DNA of 64,000 nt, from NCBI GenBank assembly GCA_964643235.1, contig CAZXSL010000001.1, positions 209-64,208 on the forward strand, read 5' to 3'. Each line of letters starts with the position of its first letter. The first letter of the stretch is position 1. Below the pieces are notes generated by a model. The model did not search any database. It saw nothing but the letters and a program-made list of their open reading frames with translations, and had not been told where the DNA came from. Shown here one piece after another: positions 10,226 through 20,249 of this stretch. The translations under genes and the position numbers were made by a program. The DNA is from an uncultured Sphingobacteriaceae bacterium. Lineage in GTDB: Bacteria; Bacteroidota; Bacteroidia; Sphingobacteriales; Sphingobacteriaceae.

Positions 10226-13200
10226 ATGAATATGAACCAACAATTAACGCAAAGAACCAGCCGAGCTGCCAAATGCTGTTTGGTGGCTGCGAGCTTGGCG
10301 GCATGGTCTCTCACGGGCCATGCGACAACCGAGCGAGGGTGGCAGGGCGCCAGGAGCGCACCCGTTCTCGCCGTCGTGCAACAAACAATCACGGGAACGG
10401 TTACCAGTAGTGTCAACGGCTCGCCCTTGGCCGGGGTGACGGTGACCGTAAAAGGAACCACGCGCGGGAGCACGACGAACGAACAGGGGCAGTTCTCGCT
10501 GTACGCCTCCGCGGGTGAGACCTTGGTGTTTTCATTTGTGGGATACCAGCCCCAAGAGGTACAGGTAGGTACGCAAACCACGCTCCATATCGCATTGGTT
10601 GCCGACGTCGCGAGTATTGACGAGGTCGTGGTCGTGGGATACGGTACGCAGCGGAAGTCGGATTTGACCGGAGCGGTAGGCGTCGTGACCGCCGACGAGA
10701 TCTTAGCGGCGCCCGTCGCCAACGCCCTGCAGGGCATGAAGGGACGGGTAGCTGGGGTCAACGTCTTCCTCAACTCCGGGTCTCCTACGGCGAGCCCCCG
10801 TATCTTGATTCGAGGACTCGGTACCATTAACTCGTCGTCCAATCCGCTGTTTGTCGTGGACGGCGTCGTGATGGAAAACATACAGTTCTTAAATCCGAAC
10901 GATATCGAGCGGATGGAAGTGTTGAAGGACGCATCCTCTACGGCTATCTACGGCGCACGCGGCGCCAACGGTGTCGTGCTGATCAGCACTAAGCGAGGAG
11001 CGACCGTGGGAGGCACGATCGTGAGCTATGATGGCTTCGTTAACGTAGGCGTCTTGCCGCAAACCATTGACGTACTGAATAGCGAGGAATGGCTTGAGGT
11101 CTTGGAGCGAGGGTTCCAAAATCACTCGAAGTACAGCAGCTCGAACATTCCGGCATTCACGCGTAGCGACCCAAGATTGTTCGACGCCCAAGGCAACCCG
11201 CTATATGATACGAACTGGCAAAAGGAAGCTACCCGCACAGCGGTTTCGCATAACCACCAGTTTGCCGTACAGACGCAAGCCGACAAATCTTCATTCGGCG
11301 CGTTCATCAACTATGGGGATATGCAAGGTATCATGCTTAATAACGAGCTGCAGCGTATCAACGGAAAGATTGCTTATGACGCGCAACCAAAGGACTGGTT
11401 GTCGGTAGGGGTCAATATGCTTGCCAACTATACCCGCGAGAACGAATTCGAAGAGGGTGGGGGACACCAAATGCCTCGCCGGTCGATGTTGGAGATGGCA
11501 CCCATCTTCCCCGTTAAGTTTCCCGATGGCACGTGGGCGAACAGTAGCATGATTACGGACTCCTATGGTTTGGAGGCGATTCCGAATCCCGTTCACGTCT
11601 TGGAAACCCAAGATCGGATCCGTAAGCGTTCGCAGCTGTTCGGCAACGCGTATTTGACCTTCCACATCCTACCAGGATTGGATTTACGTACGCAATTCGG
11701 GTTTGACAAGCACGACAATAACATTCAGGAATACAGCCCGACAGACTTGATTAATATTTCGGCTCCACTAGGTCGTGCGTATCTGGAAAATCAACGCTCT
11801 TTTTATTGGCAGGAAGAAACTTACTTGAATTATAGCACCGATATCGGCGACCATCGGATTAACTCCGTGTTGGGTTTGAGCTGGCAGGGTCGTACCGCCG
11901 AGTATAATTGGGTTTCGGCTGAAGGCTTTGCCGACGATTTCTTCCGCTTCAACGCCATCCAGTCAGCGAGCCAGCCTGGCGCGCCAGGTTCGTCACATGA
12001 CAAATGGACGATGAACTCGTACTTCCTACGCGGTAACTATAGCTACAAGAATCGGTATTTAGTGACGGTAACGGGGCGTATTGATGGATCCTCGCGCTTC
12101 GGTGAAAATAACAAATACGGGATTTTCCCATCCGCTGGTTTGGGTTGGGTAATCTCCCAAGAGGATTTTATGTCGGGTGCGCAGCAATTGGATGAATTGA
12201 AGCTGCGTTCAAGCTACGGGGTGACCGGTAACACTGAGATCCCGACGTATTTGTCCCTGGGCACGGTATCAACGGGAACAACGCTCCTCAATGGCACCCG
12301 CGTGTCACAGAGCTTCATCAACCGCCTTCCCAACCCCAATTTGGAGTGGGAAAAAACCAATCAGTTTGACGTCGGTATCGATCTTTCGATGTTCAACCGT
12401 CGCCTGACCGCATCAGTTGATTATTATTATAAGTTGACGACGGATCTGCTGTTAGACAAGCCGGTGCCCACATCGACTGGGTTCACCGCGGTTCGCGATA
12501 ATATCGGCTCGGTTTCAAACCGGGGGGTAGAAGTGTTGCTGAGCGGTATGCCGGTCGTAAACAATACGTTTAACTGGCAGACTACGTTGAACTTCAGTTT
12601 TAACAAAAACCGGATAGAGGCACTCGGCGAGAATGACGAGGATATCTTCCCTGGTCCTAGTTGGGTGTCGGGTAGTCAGACGATTCTCCGCGTGGGCGAG
12701 CCGCTGAGCTCGTTCTGGGGTTATCGGCGCTTGGGTATCTGGGGTACCGACGAGGCAGAAGCCGCCGCGGCAGTGGGTGCAGTGCCGGGTGTGGCGAAGC
12801 GCAGCGCCCAACGGCAAATCATCGGAAACGGATTGCCTGACTGGGTCGGCAGCTTTGTCAACAACTTTAGCTATCACAATTTCGACCTGACAATCGATTT
12901 GCAGTTTGTGCATGGTGTGGACATTCTTCAGCAGTTTATGCACTCGATGGAAGACCGCACAGGACTCTCCAATGGCTTGGCTACGACCCTATACGAAGCA
13001 TGGACTGAGTCCAACCAAAACACGATGGTTCAGCAAATCCGTAATGGTCCCTATTCCGGTCAGAACAGTGAGGTAGACGACCGTTGGGTAGCCAATGGAT
13101 CATACCTCCGTGGGAATACTATCTCGCTGGGGTATAATTTCGGCGGCGTGGCACTTAATAACATAAACTTGAAAGGGTTGCGTGTCTACGCGACGGTGCA

Positions 13201-13348
13201 AAATGCATTCCTCGTGAAATCGAAGGACTTCAAGGGCTATGACCCGGAAGCGACCTCTTGGGGAGGAAACCAGTGGGGGCAGAATATTTTCTTCTTCCAG
13301 TATCCCAACCCCCGTACGTTCACGTTAGGCACTAGTTTCCAGTTCTAA
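10226..13348 (+). CDS. SusC/RagA-family TonB-linked outer membrane protein
   Basis: CarboxypepD_reg-like ITGTVTSSVNGSPLAGVTVTVKG, plug (VVVVGYGTQRKSDLTGAV), 1040 aa, C-terminal ..TLGTSFQF. Confidence 0.93.
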   Translation: MNMNQQLTQRTSRAAKCCLVAASLAAWSLTGHATTERGWQGARSAPVLAVVQQTITGTVTSSVNGSPLAGVTVTVKGTTRGSTTNEQGQFSLYASAGETLVFSFVGYQPQEVQVGTQTTLHIALVADVASIDEVVVVGYGTQRKSDLTGAVGVVTADEILAAPVANALQGMKGRVAGVNVFLNSGSPTASPRILIRGLGTINSSSNPLFVVDGVVMENIQFLNPNDIERMEVLKDASSTAIYGARGANGVVLISTKRGATVGGTIVSYDGFVNVGVLPQTIDVLNSEEWLEVLERGFQNHSKYSSSNIPAFTRSDPRLFDAQGNPLYDTNWQKEATRTAVSHNHQFAVQTQADKSSFGAFINYGDMQGIMLNNELQRINGKIAYDAQPKDWLSVGVNMLANYTRENEFEEGGGHQMPRRSMLEMAPIFPVKFPDGTWANSSMITDSYGLEAIPNPVHVLETQDRIRKRSQLFGNAYLTFHILPGLDLRTQFGFDKHDNNIQEYSPTDLINISAPLGRAYLENQRSFYWQEETYLNYSTDIGDHRINSVLGLSWQGRTAEYNWVSAEGFADDFFRFNAIQSASQPGAPGSSHDKWTMNSYFLRGNYSYKNRYLVTVTGRIDGSSRFGENNKYGIFPSAGLGWVISQEDFMSGAQQLDELKLRSSYGVTGNTEIPTYLSLGTVSTGTTLLNGTRVSQSFINRLPNPNLEWEKTNQFDVGIDLSMFNRRLTASVDYYYKLTTDLLLDKPVPTSTGFTAVRDNIGSVSNRGVEVLLSGMPVVNNTFNWQTTLNFSFNKNRIEALGENDEDIFPGPSWVSGSQTILRVGEPLSSFWGYRRLGIWGTDEAEAAAAVGAVPGVAKRSAQRQIIGNGLPDWVGSFVNNFSYHNFDLTIDLQFVHGVDILQQFMHSMEDRTGLSNGLATTLYEAWTESNQNTMVQQIRNGPYSGQNSEVDDRWVANGSYLRGNTISLGYNFGGVALNNINLKGLRVYATVQNAFLVKSKDFKGYDPEATSWGGNQWGQNIFFFQYPNPRTFTLGTSFQF

Positions 13349-13368
13349 CCCATTAAATTAGAATCGAC

Positions 13369-14955
13369 ATGAAAAAATTAATCGCAATATTCATTTCAGC
13401 TGGCCTACTGGCGACGTCCTGCTCGGACTTCCTGAGAGAGGTTCCGAAGGATGAGATCTCGTCGGGTCAGTTTTTCGCTAATCCCGACCATGCGTGGAAC
13501 GCAGTTAATGCGTTGTACCGTTCGGGAGCGCCATCGTTGCTTGGCACCGGCGTATATTCTGGCTCACGGGTCATGTTTGGTCCCTATATCTCCGGATTCG
13601 TGGATAACGACTACAAGGGGCAGGAGATCCATGTGCAGCACGCACAACAACTGACTTTCAATGGCTTGAATCTTTCTACTTATTTGGGAGGTTTCTACCG
13701 CGATCTGTACTTAGGAATCGCCCGGGCGAATAACGCCATCAAGTACATTCCTTCGACCCCAGGTCTGGAGGAGGCTGACGCCAATCGCCTACTTGCTGAG
13801 GCCCGCACGTTTCGTGCGATGAACTACTTTTATCTTGCGCGCTTTTTCGGCGGAGTGCCCCTGATTACTGAGCCGTATGAGAGCCTGGAAAACCTGTTTG
13901 TCGAGCGTGCACCGCTGGCTGATGTCTATGCGCTGATCGTCAGTGACCTGCAGTTCGCAACCCAGCCCGGTGTGTTAGCGAATTCGACTTTTGCTGCAAA
14001 CGGCAACCGGATAACGCAAGGTGTGGCGCAGGCATTATTGGCCGATGTGTATCTCACCATGAGCGGCTTCCCGCTTCAGGCGAATCACTATGCAGACGCA
14101 GCAACCCAGGCCCGCGCGATTATCAACAACTCGGCCTACTTCCTGACGCAGCACGACCGCGATGGGGACGGCAACGTAGTCATGGCAAACAGTGCCTACA
14201 ACAAAGCCCGGAAGGCCGATAATCTGCCTAACGAGCATATTTACTACTATGAGTATACGGTAGGCATCTCCAACTCCGGTTACACCCAGCACGCATTTCC
14301 GGTGAGCATGGCGCCTGAGCTTGCCTACGCGATCTTCAACAACGCATATCGCCCCACAGCGAGCCTCTTGCGGGCGTACAACGCTGACCAGGATCTGCGG
14401 GTACAGGAAAAGCAGTATTTCCACTCCTCGCTAACGCGGGAGAACGGTACCGTAGCCAATTTCGATACGGCTCCCCACCTATGGTACGACGAACAGGCGT
14501 CTAAAGAGACGGCAACCTCCGGCAAGGATTTGCCCGTCTACACGTATTCGAACATGCTATTGGTGGCAGCCGAAGCGATTGCGCGGTCAGAAGGCGTCAC
14601 GCCGGAAGCCATTGACTACTTGACCCAGGTGCGCGCGCGTGCGTATTGGAAGCAGACGACTGAGCAGGTGCGCGCTAGCTTGGCAGGCTTGAGTCCGGAG
14701 CAGTTTGTGCAGGAAGTGTGGAAGGAGCGGTTGCGTGAGTTGGTGTTCGAATTCCAGATTTGGAACGACATTCAACGTACGCGGCAATTCCCGGTGACGG
14801 CCGCTAACGGGCAAATATCCTTTGCGAACTTCGTGGGCCAGCAGAACAGCTTTGGTGCTGTCTTTGCCGAGAAGCACCTGCTTTATCCGATACCGGATGA
14901 CGAGATACAGCGTAATCCGGCCTTGACGCCAAATCCCGGCTATGAGGAGCAATAG
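13369..14955 (+). CDS. RagB/SusD-family nutrient uptake outer membrane lipoprotein
   Basis: Lipobox LLATSC; starts 20 nt after the SusC gene; TPR-like SusD pattern (RAMNYFYLARFFGGVPLI). Confidence 0.9.
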   Translation: MKKLIAIFISAGLLATSCSDFLREVPKDEISSGQFFANPDHAWNAVNALYRSGAPSLLGTGVYSGSRVMFGPYISGFVDNDYKGQEIHVQHAQQLTFNGLNLSTYLGGFYRDLYLGIARANNAIKYIPSTPGLEEADANRLLAEARTFRAMNYFYLARFFGGVPLITEPYESLENLFVERAPLADVYALIVSDLQFATQPGVLANSTFAANGNRITQGVAQALLADVYLTMSGFPLQANHYADAATQARAIINNSAYFLTQHDRDGDGNVVMANSAYNKARKADNLPNEHIYYYEYTVGISNSGYTQHAFPVSMAPELAYAIFNNAYRPTASLLRAYNADQDLRVQEKQYFHSSLTRENGTVANFDTAPHLWYDEQASKETATSGKDLPVYTYSNMLLVAAEAIARSEGVTPEAIDYLTQVRARAYWKQTTEQVRASLAGLSPEQFVQEVWKERLRELVFEFQIWNDIQRTRQFPVTAANGQISFANFVGQQNSFGAVFAEKHLLYPIPDDEIQRNPALTPNPGYEEQ

Positions 14956-14977
14956 TTAGCCTTTCGGCCATAAAAAA

Positions 14978-15005
14978 GGCCAGCGAAACTTCGGTTTCGC
15001 TGGCC
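14978..15005. terminator. Bidirectional intrinsic terminator
   Basis: AAAAAA-GGCCAGCGAAAC-ttcg-GTTTCGCTGGCC-TTTAT between susD-like (+) and the iscA-like gene (-). Confidence 0.75.
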
Positions 15006-15047
15006 TTTATGTTTTTGGAGCAAGCCTTGCGTCGCTAGGGCAGACGC

Positions 15048-15401
15048 TTATGCCGAGAATGAGGTGCCGCAGCCGCAGGTTTTTTCGGCGTTTGGATTAT
15101 TAAACGTGAATCCTCGGGCATCTAAACCGTTTTGAAAATCGATTTGCATGCCAGCCAAATACAGGCCGTGGGCCTTGTTCATGAACACGCGAATCCCTTC
15201 GATATCGTATTCGCTATCGCCGTCTTTTTTCTGATCGAACCCCAGGATGTAGTTCATGCCTGCACAGCCGCCGCCTTCAACGCCTACGCGCAGACCAAAG
15301 TCCTCGCCGATCTCCTGTTGGTCTCGTAATTTTTTCAGTTCTTTCACCGCTCCTTCCGTCAACGAAACGGGCGCAGGTGCTGTCAATGTTTCTGTGCTCA
15401 T
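15048..15401 (-). CDS. Iron-sulfur cluster insertion/assembly protein (HesB/IscA/ErpA family)
   Basis: LRVGVEGGGCAGMNY .. CGCGTSFSA C-terminal Cys motif. Confidence 0.9.
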   Translation of the reverse strand: MSTETLTAPAPVSLTEGAVKELKKLRDQQEIGEDFGLRVGVEGGGCAGMNYILGFDQKKDGDSEYDIEGIRVFMNKAHGLYLAGMQIDFQNGLDARGFTFNNPNAEKTCGCGTSFSA

Positions 15402-15497
15402 AATCGAATCCTCGTATTAGCATTTTTGTGTTCTCGCTCGCTAAGAATTCCCGATGGCCGGAGCCCGGATTTATGCGCGTTGCAGAACAGTATACCA

Positions 15498-15505
15498 CAA
15501 AAATA
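15498..15505 (-). promoter_or_regulatory. Candidate -7 box for the iscA/erpA-like gene
   Basis: Minus-strand TATTTTTG, about 97 nt upstream of the start codon. Confidence 0.3.
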
Positions 15506-15578
15506 CATAAAAATAACCATTTTTGCCCTCAGGTGTATATTTTTACGTTTCGCAAACAAAGCAGTTTAAGTAGCCAAT

Positions 15579-16133
15579 ATGGATGCAGTCGATTACTTTT
15601 TGGGAAAAGCCGATGCGCTTTTCGTACCCGTTGTAGCTGGGATTTTTCTCGTTTCGTTTGCGTCGTGGATTTTCTGGAAGGGGTATAATAGCCATGTGTT
15701 TCGGTTAAAGTTGCTCGATCGGCAACGGGAAAGCCAACAACCGCCGGCATCTTCGGGCCTAGCGACGCTTCGTCTGCAGGCGTACGAGCGCATTGTACTT
15801 TTCATTGAACGCATACGGCCACAGGGTATGCTTCTACGATTGTACCAGCCCGGCGTGAGCGCCGACGTGTTGGAGCAACTACTCCTTGCCGCGATTCGCG
15901 AAGAGTACCAGCATAACGTTACACAGCAATTGTATGTGAGCGAGGAGAGTTGGGCGATGGTCGTGCACCTCAAGGAGACGACCCAGACGCTGGTGCGTCA
16001 AGCCGCGGCTGCGCTGCCACCGGATGCAACGGGTAAGGTTTTGGCCGAACAGGTGCTCCAACGTGTAGCGAACCTGGAAGAAAATCCCTATGATATTGCA
16101 TTGCACCTGATTCGCAACCACGTCAACGGGTAG
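15579..16133 (+). CDS. Hypothetical membrane-anchored protein
   Basis: One N-terminal TM (FVPVVAGIFLVSFASWIFW) followed by a helical domain. No family recognised. Confidence 0.45.
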   Translation: MDAVDYFLGKADALFVPVVAGIFLVSFASWIFWKGYNSHVFRLKLLDRQRESQQPPASSGLATLRLQAYERIVLFIERIRPQGMLLRLYQPGVSADVLEQLLLAAIREEYQHNVTQQLYVSEESWAMVVHLKETTQTLVRQAAAALPPDATGKVLAEQVLQRVANLEENPYDIALHLIRNHVNG

Positions 16134-16242
16134 CCCAGCCGGTCTGTAAGAATTAGCGCGCCGAACAGCCCTTAGCTAAACGGCGAAAGTACTTAAATGC
16201 GGAAATCTATCGCGCGAGCCTCCGATAGTATCGCTAAAATTC

Positions 16243-16250
16243 TATCTTTG
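16243..16250 (+). promoter_or_regulatory. Candidate -7 box for glyA
   Basis: TATCTTTG, 31 nt upstream of ATG 16282. Confidence 0.5.
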
Positions 16251-16281
16251 CGTTTCTTAATTACAATAAGTTTACCCACCA

Positions 16282-17553
16282 ATGGAAAGAGACAACACCA
16301 TATTCAAGCTTATCGACAAGGAGCTTGATCGCCAGGAGCAAGGTATCGAATTGATCGCCTCCGAAAACTTCGTGAGCAAGCAAGTCATGGAAGCCGCCGG
16401 TTCTGTGTTAACTAATAAGTATGCCGAGGGCTTGCCTGGCAAGCGCTATTACGGTGGTTGCGAGGTCGTTGATGAAATCGAGACAATTGCGATCAATCGG
16501 GCGAAGGAGCTATTTGGCGCTGCTTGGGTCAATGTGCAACCGCACTCGGGCGCCCAAGCCAACGCGGCAGTCTTCTTGGCCATCCTAAACCCCGGCGACA
16601 AAATTCTCGGATTTGATCTTTCGCATGGCGGGCACTTAACACACGGGTCGCCCGTCAACTTCTCGGGCAAGCTGTACGAACCCCATTTTTATGGCGTCGA
16701 CCGTGAAACCGGGCTAATCGACTACAAGCAACTAGAAGAAACCGCCCTGCGCGAAAAACCCAAAGTTATAATTTGCGGCGCTTCTGCTTACTCTCGCGAT
16801 TGGGATTATGCGTTCATCCGCCGCGTGGCAGACGAAATCGGAGCCCTGGTCGTTGCGGATATTTCACATCCAGCCGGACTGATCGCCCGCGATTTGCTGG
16901 CGGATCCGTTGCCTCACTGCCATATTGTGACAACGACAACGCACAAAACATTACGCGGTCCACGGGGCGGCATGATCATGGTGGGCCAAGACTTTGAAAA
17001 TCCTTGGGGCATCACAACTCCCAAAGGTGATTTGCGCACCATCACCTCCTTGCTTGACCTCGCAGTGTTCCCCGGTACGCAGGGCGGACCGCTTGAGCAC
17101 ATCATCGCAGCAAAAGCGATCGCGTTTGGTGAAGCGCTTAGCGATGATTATTTGGCGTATATCAAGCAGGTTAAACTCAACGCTGCGGCACTTGCCCAAG
17201 TTTTTATTGACAAAGGCTATAAGCTCATCTCGGGCGGTACGGACAACCACTTGATGTTGATCGATCTACGAAATAAGGGGCTGAGCGGTAAAGCGGCAGA
17301 AGCGGCTTTGGGCAAGGCGCACGTCACCATCAATAAGAACATGGTACCCTTTGACGACCGTTCGCCGTTCGTGACGTCGGGTATCCGTCTGGGCACTGCG
17401 GCCATTACAACTCGCGGACTCAAAGAAGCTCAGATGGTTGAAATTGGTGAGTTGATCGATTCGGCGCTGATCCACCATGAAGACGATACCAAGTTGGCCG
17501 GCATTGGTAAGGAAGTGAATAGCCTGATGGCAAAATTCCCCCTTTACAAATAA
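16282..17553 (+). CDS. glyA: Serine hydroxymethyltransferase
   Basis: [19 protein letters not shown]-type motif ([11 protein letters not shown]), [14 protein letters not shown] (PLP lysine). Confidence 0.97.
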   Translation: MERDNTIFKLIDKELDRQEQGIELIASENFVSKQVMEAAGSVLTNKYAEGLPGKRYYGGCEVVDEIETIAINRAKELFGAAWVNVQPHSGAQANAAVFLAILNPGDKILGFDLSHGGHLTHGSPVNFSGKLYEPHFYGVDRETGLIDYKQLEETALREKPKVIICGASAYSRDWDYAFIRRVADEIGALVVADISHPAGLIARDLLADPLPHCHIVTTTTHKTLRGPRGGMIMVGQDFENPWGITTPKGDLRTITSLLDLAVFPGTQGGPLEHIIAAKAIAFGEALSDDYLAYIKQVKLNAAALAQVFIDKGYKLISGGTDNHLMLIDLRNKGLSGKAAEAALGKAHVTINKNMVPFDDRSPFVTSGIRLGTAAITTRGLKEAQMVEIGELIDSALIHHEDDTKLAGIGKEVNSLMAKFPLYK

Positions 17554-17575
17554 ACAGGGTTTAGCCCCTGGCAGG

Positions 17576-17613
17576 AATCCGCAGGGTGCACCACGCACTC
17601 TGCGGATTTTTTT
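17576..17613 (+). terminator. Intrinsic terminator of glyA
   Basis: 13-bp stem AATCCGCAGGGTG/CACTCTGCGGATT (one G-U) followed by TTTTTT. Confidence 0.8.
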
Positions 17614-17809
17614 GTTAATCAGCTGGATAGAACGGAGATGGAATCTTTTTGCCGAATGTTAAAAACATCCGATATCTTGCTTTTATAAAAAAATTTGTTT
17701 TGCTTTGAACTTAACAAACGCATAACACACCAAACACAAACGATATCGAAGATACGGTTACTCACATTGAATTAGCTTTAGTATAGGATAAGCGAAAAAA
17801 GTAGCTCGT

Positions 17810-18397
17810 ATGCGATTTGAAAAGAAGACCGATCAGGAACTCGTTCGTTTGTACGTCTCAGGGAAGGAAGCTGCCTTGAGGACATTGGTTGACCGTTATA
17901 AGTCTCGAATATATACCTCGATTTATTTATTGGTGAAGGATAGTGCTTTGGCTGAGGATATCTTCCAGGATACGTTCATCAAAGTCATCAACACGCTCAA
18001 AGGCGGACGCTATAACGAAGAGGGCAAATTTCTCCCTTGGGTACTCCGTATCGCCCACAACTTGGTTATCGACTACTATCGCAAGGAACGGCGTACGCCA
18101 GTGGTGGTGAATAGCGAAGGCTTTGATATCTTCGATATGCTTCACGTGCTGGAGGAAAACACAGAATCCCGCATAATCCGGGAGGAAACCCACCGCGAGT
18201 TAAGACGGATGATCCAGTTATTGCCCGACGAGCAAAAGGAAGTGCTAATCATGCGGCATTATGGCGAGATGAGCTTCAAGGACATCGCTGACGTCACCAA
18301 CGTTAGCATTAATACGGCTTTGGGCCGTATGCGTTACGCGTTGAACAATCTGCGCAAAATGATGTACGGCACCCCGCACATCGCCAAGATCGGCTGA
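17810..18397 (+). CDS. RNA polymerase sigma-70 family (ECF-type) sigma factor
   Basis: Region 2 (DIFQDTFIKV..WVLRIAHNLVIDYYRK) and region 4 (QKEVLIMRHYGEMSFKDIADVTNVSINTALGRMRYA). Confidence 0.85.
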   Translation: MRFEKKTDQELVRLYVSGKEAALRTLVDRYKSRIYTSIYLLVKDSALAEDIFQDTFIKVINTLKGGRYNEEGKFLPWVLRIAHNLVIDYYRKERRTPVVVNSEGFDIFDMLHVLEENTESRIIREETHRELRRMIQLLPDEQKEVLIMRHYGEMSFKDIADVTNVSINTALGRMRYALNNLRKMMYGTPHIAKIG

Positions 18398-18501
18398 GGA
18401 AATCCTTACTTTAGGCTAATTGCCGAGGGTTGTCTTCCGAATTATGAGGCCTGTTGTGCCATGCGCCTACTTGCCGTAGGTCCGTTGCACCGTTACTCTG
18501 A

Positions 18502-18876
18502 TCAAACGGTTTTAAACCACTCCAGATAATAGTCGCCTAAGATCGGCAGCGGTTTTTCCTGTCCGTTTGCGGCGCTCATCACGCCCATTATCCACATATA
18601 CAACAATACGAATGCGGCAACAATGCCGACGAGCCATCCGACGAACGGAATCATGCTCACGACTGACACGGCAAAGGAGGTTAGCATGAGGCCGAGCGAT
18701 TGTCGGATATGATAGGCGGCGAAAGGGTTCTTCTTATCGCCGTTCATTACCAAGGCGATGACGAGACCGATGACGGTAATGTAGGCGACGATCGCGGTCG
18801 CTTTTCCTTCTTCGATAGTCGATCCAGTAGACCCAGGACGATTGTCGCCGCCCTGGGTGTTATGCTTGTGTTCCAT
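18502..18876 (-). CDS. DUF4870-like small membrane protein
   Basis: Three TM segments; AAYHIRQSLGLML motif recalled from the DUF4870 family. Confidence 0.55.
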   Translation of the reverse strand: MEHKHNTQGGDNRPGSTGSTIEEGKATAIVAYITVIGLVIALVMNGDKKNPFAAYHIRQSLGLMLTSFAVSVVSMIPFVGWLVGIVAAFVLLYMWIMGVMSAANGQEKPLPILGDYYLEWFKTV

Positions 18877-18950
18877 GCGTTACTTTTAGGCAGAATATGC
18901 GGTGTTCTGCGGTGGGTCTGCGCGATGCGGTTTGTAAGGCCGCGTGGCAC

Positions 18951-19889
18951 TTACATGCCGAAGCGCTGATAGCCCGCCGTACTGAAGGTTTTTCCGTCGC
19001 GGTGGATTTCGGTCGCTTCCATAGTCACTTGTTGGCCGGATTCCAATATGGTCGACTCCATCTTGAGTAGGACCCCCGCAGGCTGTTCGCTCAGGTTCGG
19101 GACTTTGGCAGGGCTGTTTTTCATGAACGAGGAAAAGGCTGAGGCAAAACCCCTGACGTCGACGCCCAAGGCCTGGGTAATCCATACACGGGTGTGGGCA
19201 TCCGCAGATTTCACTTCGTAAATTTCGCAGGGCTGTCCTAAAATTTCCGCTGAACCGACCCGAGCGAAGGTGTAATCGGCTTCACTAATTTCCACGTCGG
19301 CGTGTTCGGCTACGGATTCGGCCATTTTTCCCATCATGTCCGCACTCATGGCCAGGTAACGCTTGTCGTTCTCCATAAACGTAATCATTCCGCCCTCGTC
19401 CACGACCATAAACATGCCCTGTTGCATGGCTGTGCCTACCCCCATATAATTTTCGCTAGAGAGCCATAGAGTCGTGCCCGGCAGTGGCTCCTCTTTGTTG
19501 TTTTCGGTGCTCGTCATGTCGTAGCTGACGCCTACGGCAAATTTGTACTCGTCCTTTACGACGATATTGGAGCCACCGAATATGGACTGCATGGATATGG
19601 CAGCGTTAGACGGTGTGTCGGTTTGGGTTGGCGTGCCCGAAGTACCCGTTTTATTGCCATCGCTTGTGACGGCATCTTCCACGCTCTGCTCTACTTTGTC
19701 CATTCCCTTGTCGATGGCACGGTCGATCCGGCGTTCGATGCGTCGATTTGCTTGCTCTTCCACTTTTTGCTCAACGCGTTTGCCAAGATTTCGCAAGATT
19801 TGTGCGTGAGAAGCCATAGGGGAGGTGTTCGCCAAAACAAACACGAGCGACATAACGCTCCACAAGAGTCGGTTCTTTTGTTTTTTCAT
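18951..19889 (-). CDS. Secreted hypothetical protein (DUF4412-like)
   Basis: Signal peptide, charged coiled segment (RVEQKVEEQANRRIERRIDRAIDKGMDKVEQ), then a beta-rich domain. Confidence 0.5.
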   Translation of the reverse strand: MKKQKNRLLWSVMSLVFVLANTSPMASHAQILRNLGKRVEQKVEEQANRRIERRIDRAIDKGMDKVEQSVEDAVTSDGNKTGTSGTPTQTDTPSNAAISMQSIFGGSNIVVKDEYKFAVGVSYDMTSTENNKEEPLPGTTLWLSSENYMGVGTAMQQGMFMVVDEGGMITFMENDKRYLAMSADMMGKMAESVAEHADVEISEADYTFARVGSAEILGQPCEIYEVKSADAHTRVWITQALGVDVRGFASAFSSFMKNSPAKVPNLSEQPAGVLLKMESTILESGQQVTMEATEIHRDGKTFSTAGYQRFGM

Positions 19890-20208
19890 AGTTTTCTACT
19901 GCTAATAAGGTTTTTATATTGGATTGTTTTACACTACACTGGCCGCCAATATACTCGTGATATCGGCAGCATATGGATTTAAAAAGCCTTTTAAGCGGCA
20001 GATTAACCCGAAAGGGACAATGCATTTTTTTGGCAATGCCCGTGTTGTGTGTTTGTTTGGTGCAACAAAGCTAATCCTTTTTTGGCGGAATTGCAATATC
20101 GTTCAAACAGACCTGCTCCGAAGCCGGTTAAAGGATAGCGCCGGCAGCGGGCTAAGCTGCGGCGCTGTCGTCACCGTGGGCAGTTGCGGTTATATCGTCT
20201 CAAATCTT

Positions 20209-20216
20209 TACCTTTG
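20209..20216 (+). promoter_or_regulatory. Candidate -7 box for the deoxyhypusine synthase-like gene
   Basis: TACCTTTG, 33 nt upstream of ATG 20250. Confidence 0.45.
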
Positions 20217-20249
20217 CCATTCATGTAAATTGAGATCAACAAGCAAGCA

